The translations under genes and the position numbers were made by a program. Positions 63,750 through 64,000 of a stretch of DNA of 64,000 nt are shown one piece after another. The stretch is from Cyanophora paradoxa CCMP329 (taxonomy: Eukaryota > Plantae > Glaucophyta). The stretch spans positions 1 to 64,000 of the forward strand of contig QPMI01000666.1 of the NCBI GenBank assembly GCA_004431415.1. The letters are read 5' to 3'. The notes beneath the pieces were generated by a model. It was not told the DNA's origin, searched no databases, and saw only the letters and a list, made by a program, of their open reading frames with translations. Each line of letters begins with the position of its first letter. Within the stretch, counting starts at the first letter, position 1.

Positions 63750-64000
63750 CGATATGCAAGGCTGCCGCCTCCGCCGGATCGCCGAAAAGCTCGCGGGCCG
63801 ATCGGTCCAGCACAGTTCAGAGCACTAGTGCACCTTCGGGCCGAGCGCTCCGACTAGCGCATTCAACGAACTAATGCGAGATTGCTGAGAATGCCTCGAG
63901 GTGCTGCCGGTACTGGGTGCTGCAGGATGCTGCTTGGGCGCAGAGCGTGGGGGTACAGCGGCATCGAACTACACTCAGCGCAGCGAACTCCACTCGAACT

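Overview
This is the left end of a GC-rich, intron-dense eukaryotic chromosome. About 6.7 kb of (CCCTAA)n telomere is followed by a subtelomere under 2 kb, then about 16 tightly packed protein genes broken by many 45-120 nt introns, which is why the ORF track is fragmented. The genes I could reconstruct are a plant-family coiled-coil protein, a motif-repeat (possibly ciliary) protein, a GT8 glycosyltransferase, isoamylase, a two-MRH ER lectin, Cwf18/CCDC12, TrpD with a plastid-type leader, a monoglyceride lipase, RPB6, a coiled-coil/PH protein, a NEK kinase, La, an Oca6-like pseudophosphatase and a PH-CaMK kinase. An isoamylase with no evident transit peptide, a Phe-4 leader on TrpD and TTAGGG telomeres point to a glaucophyte-like archaeplastid (inference). 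Mobile DNA includes a near-intact L1/Tx1-clade LINE, an adjacent tRNA-derived SINE, and an unclassified hairpin-ended element family in three copies. Two of those copies flank trpD and carry an intron-containing USP (C19) protease fragment. Splicing is unusual: frequent GC-AG introns, two U12-type GTATCCTT introns (one in isoamylase), and neighbouring G-rich/C-rich complementary introns. Gene models were spliced by eye, so gene ends are approximate where stated.
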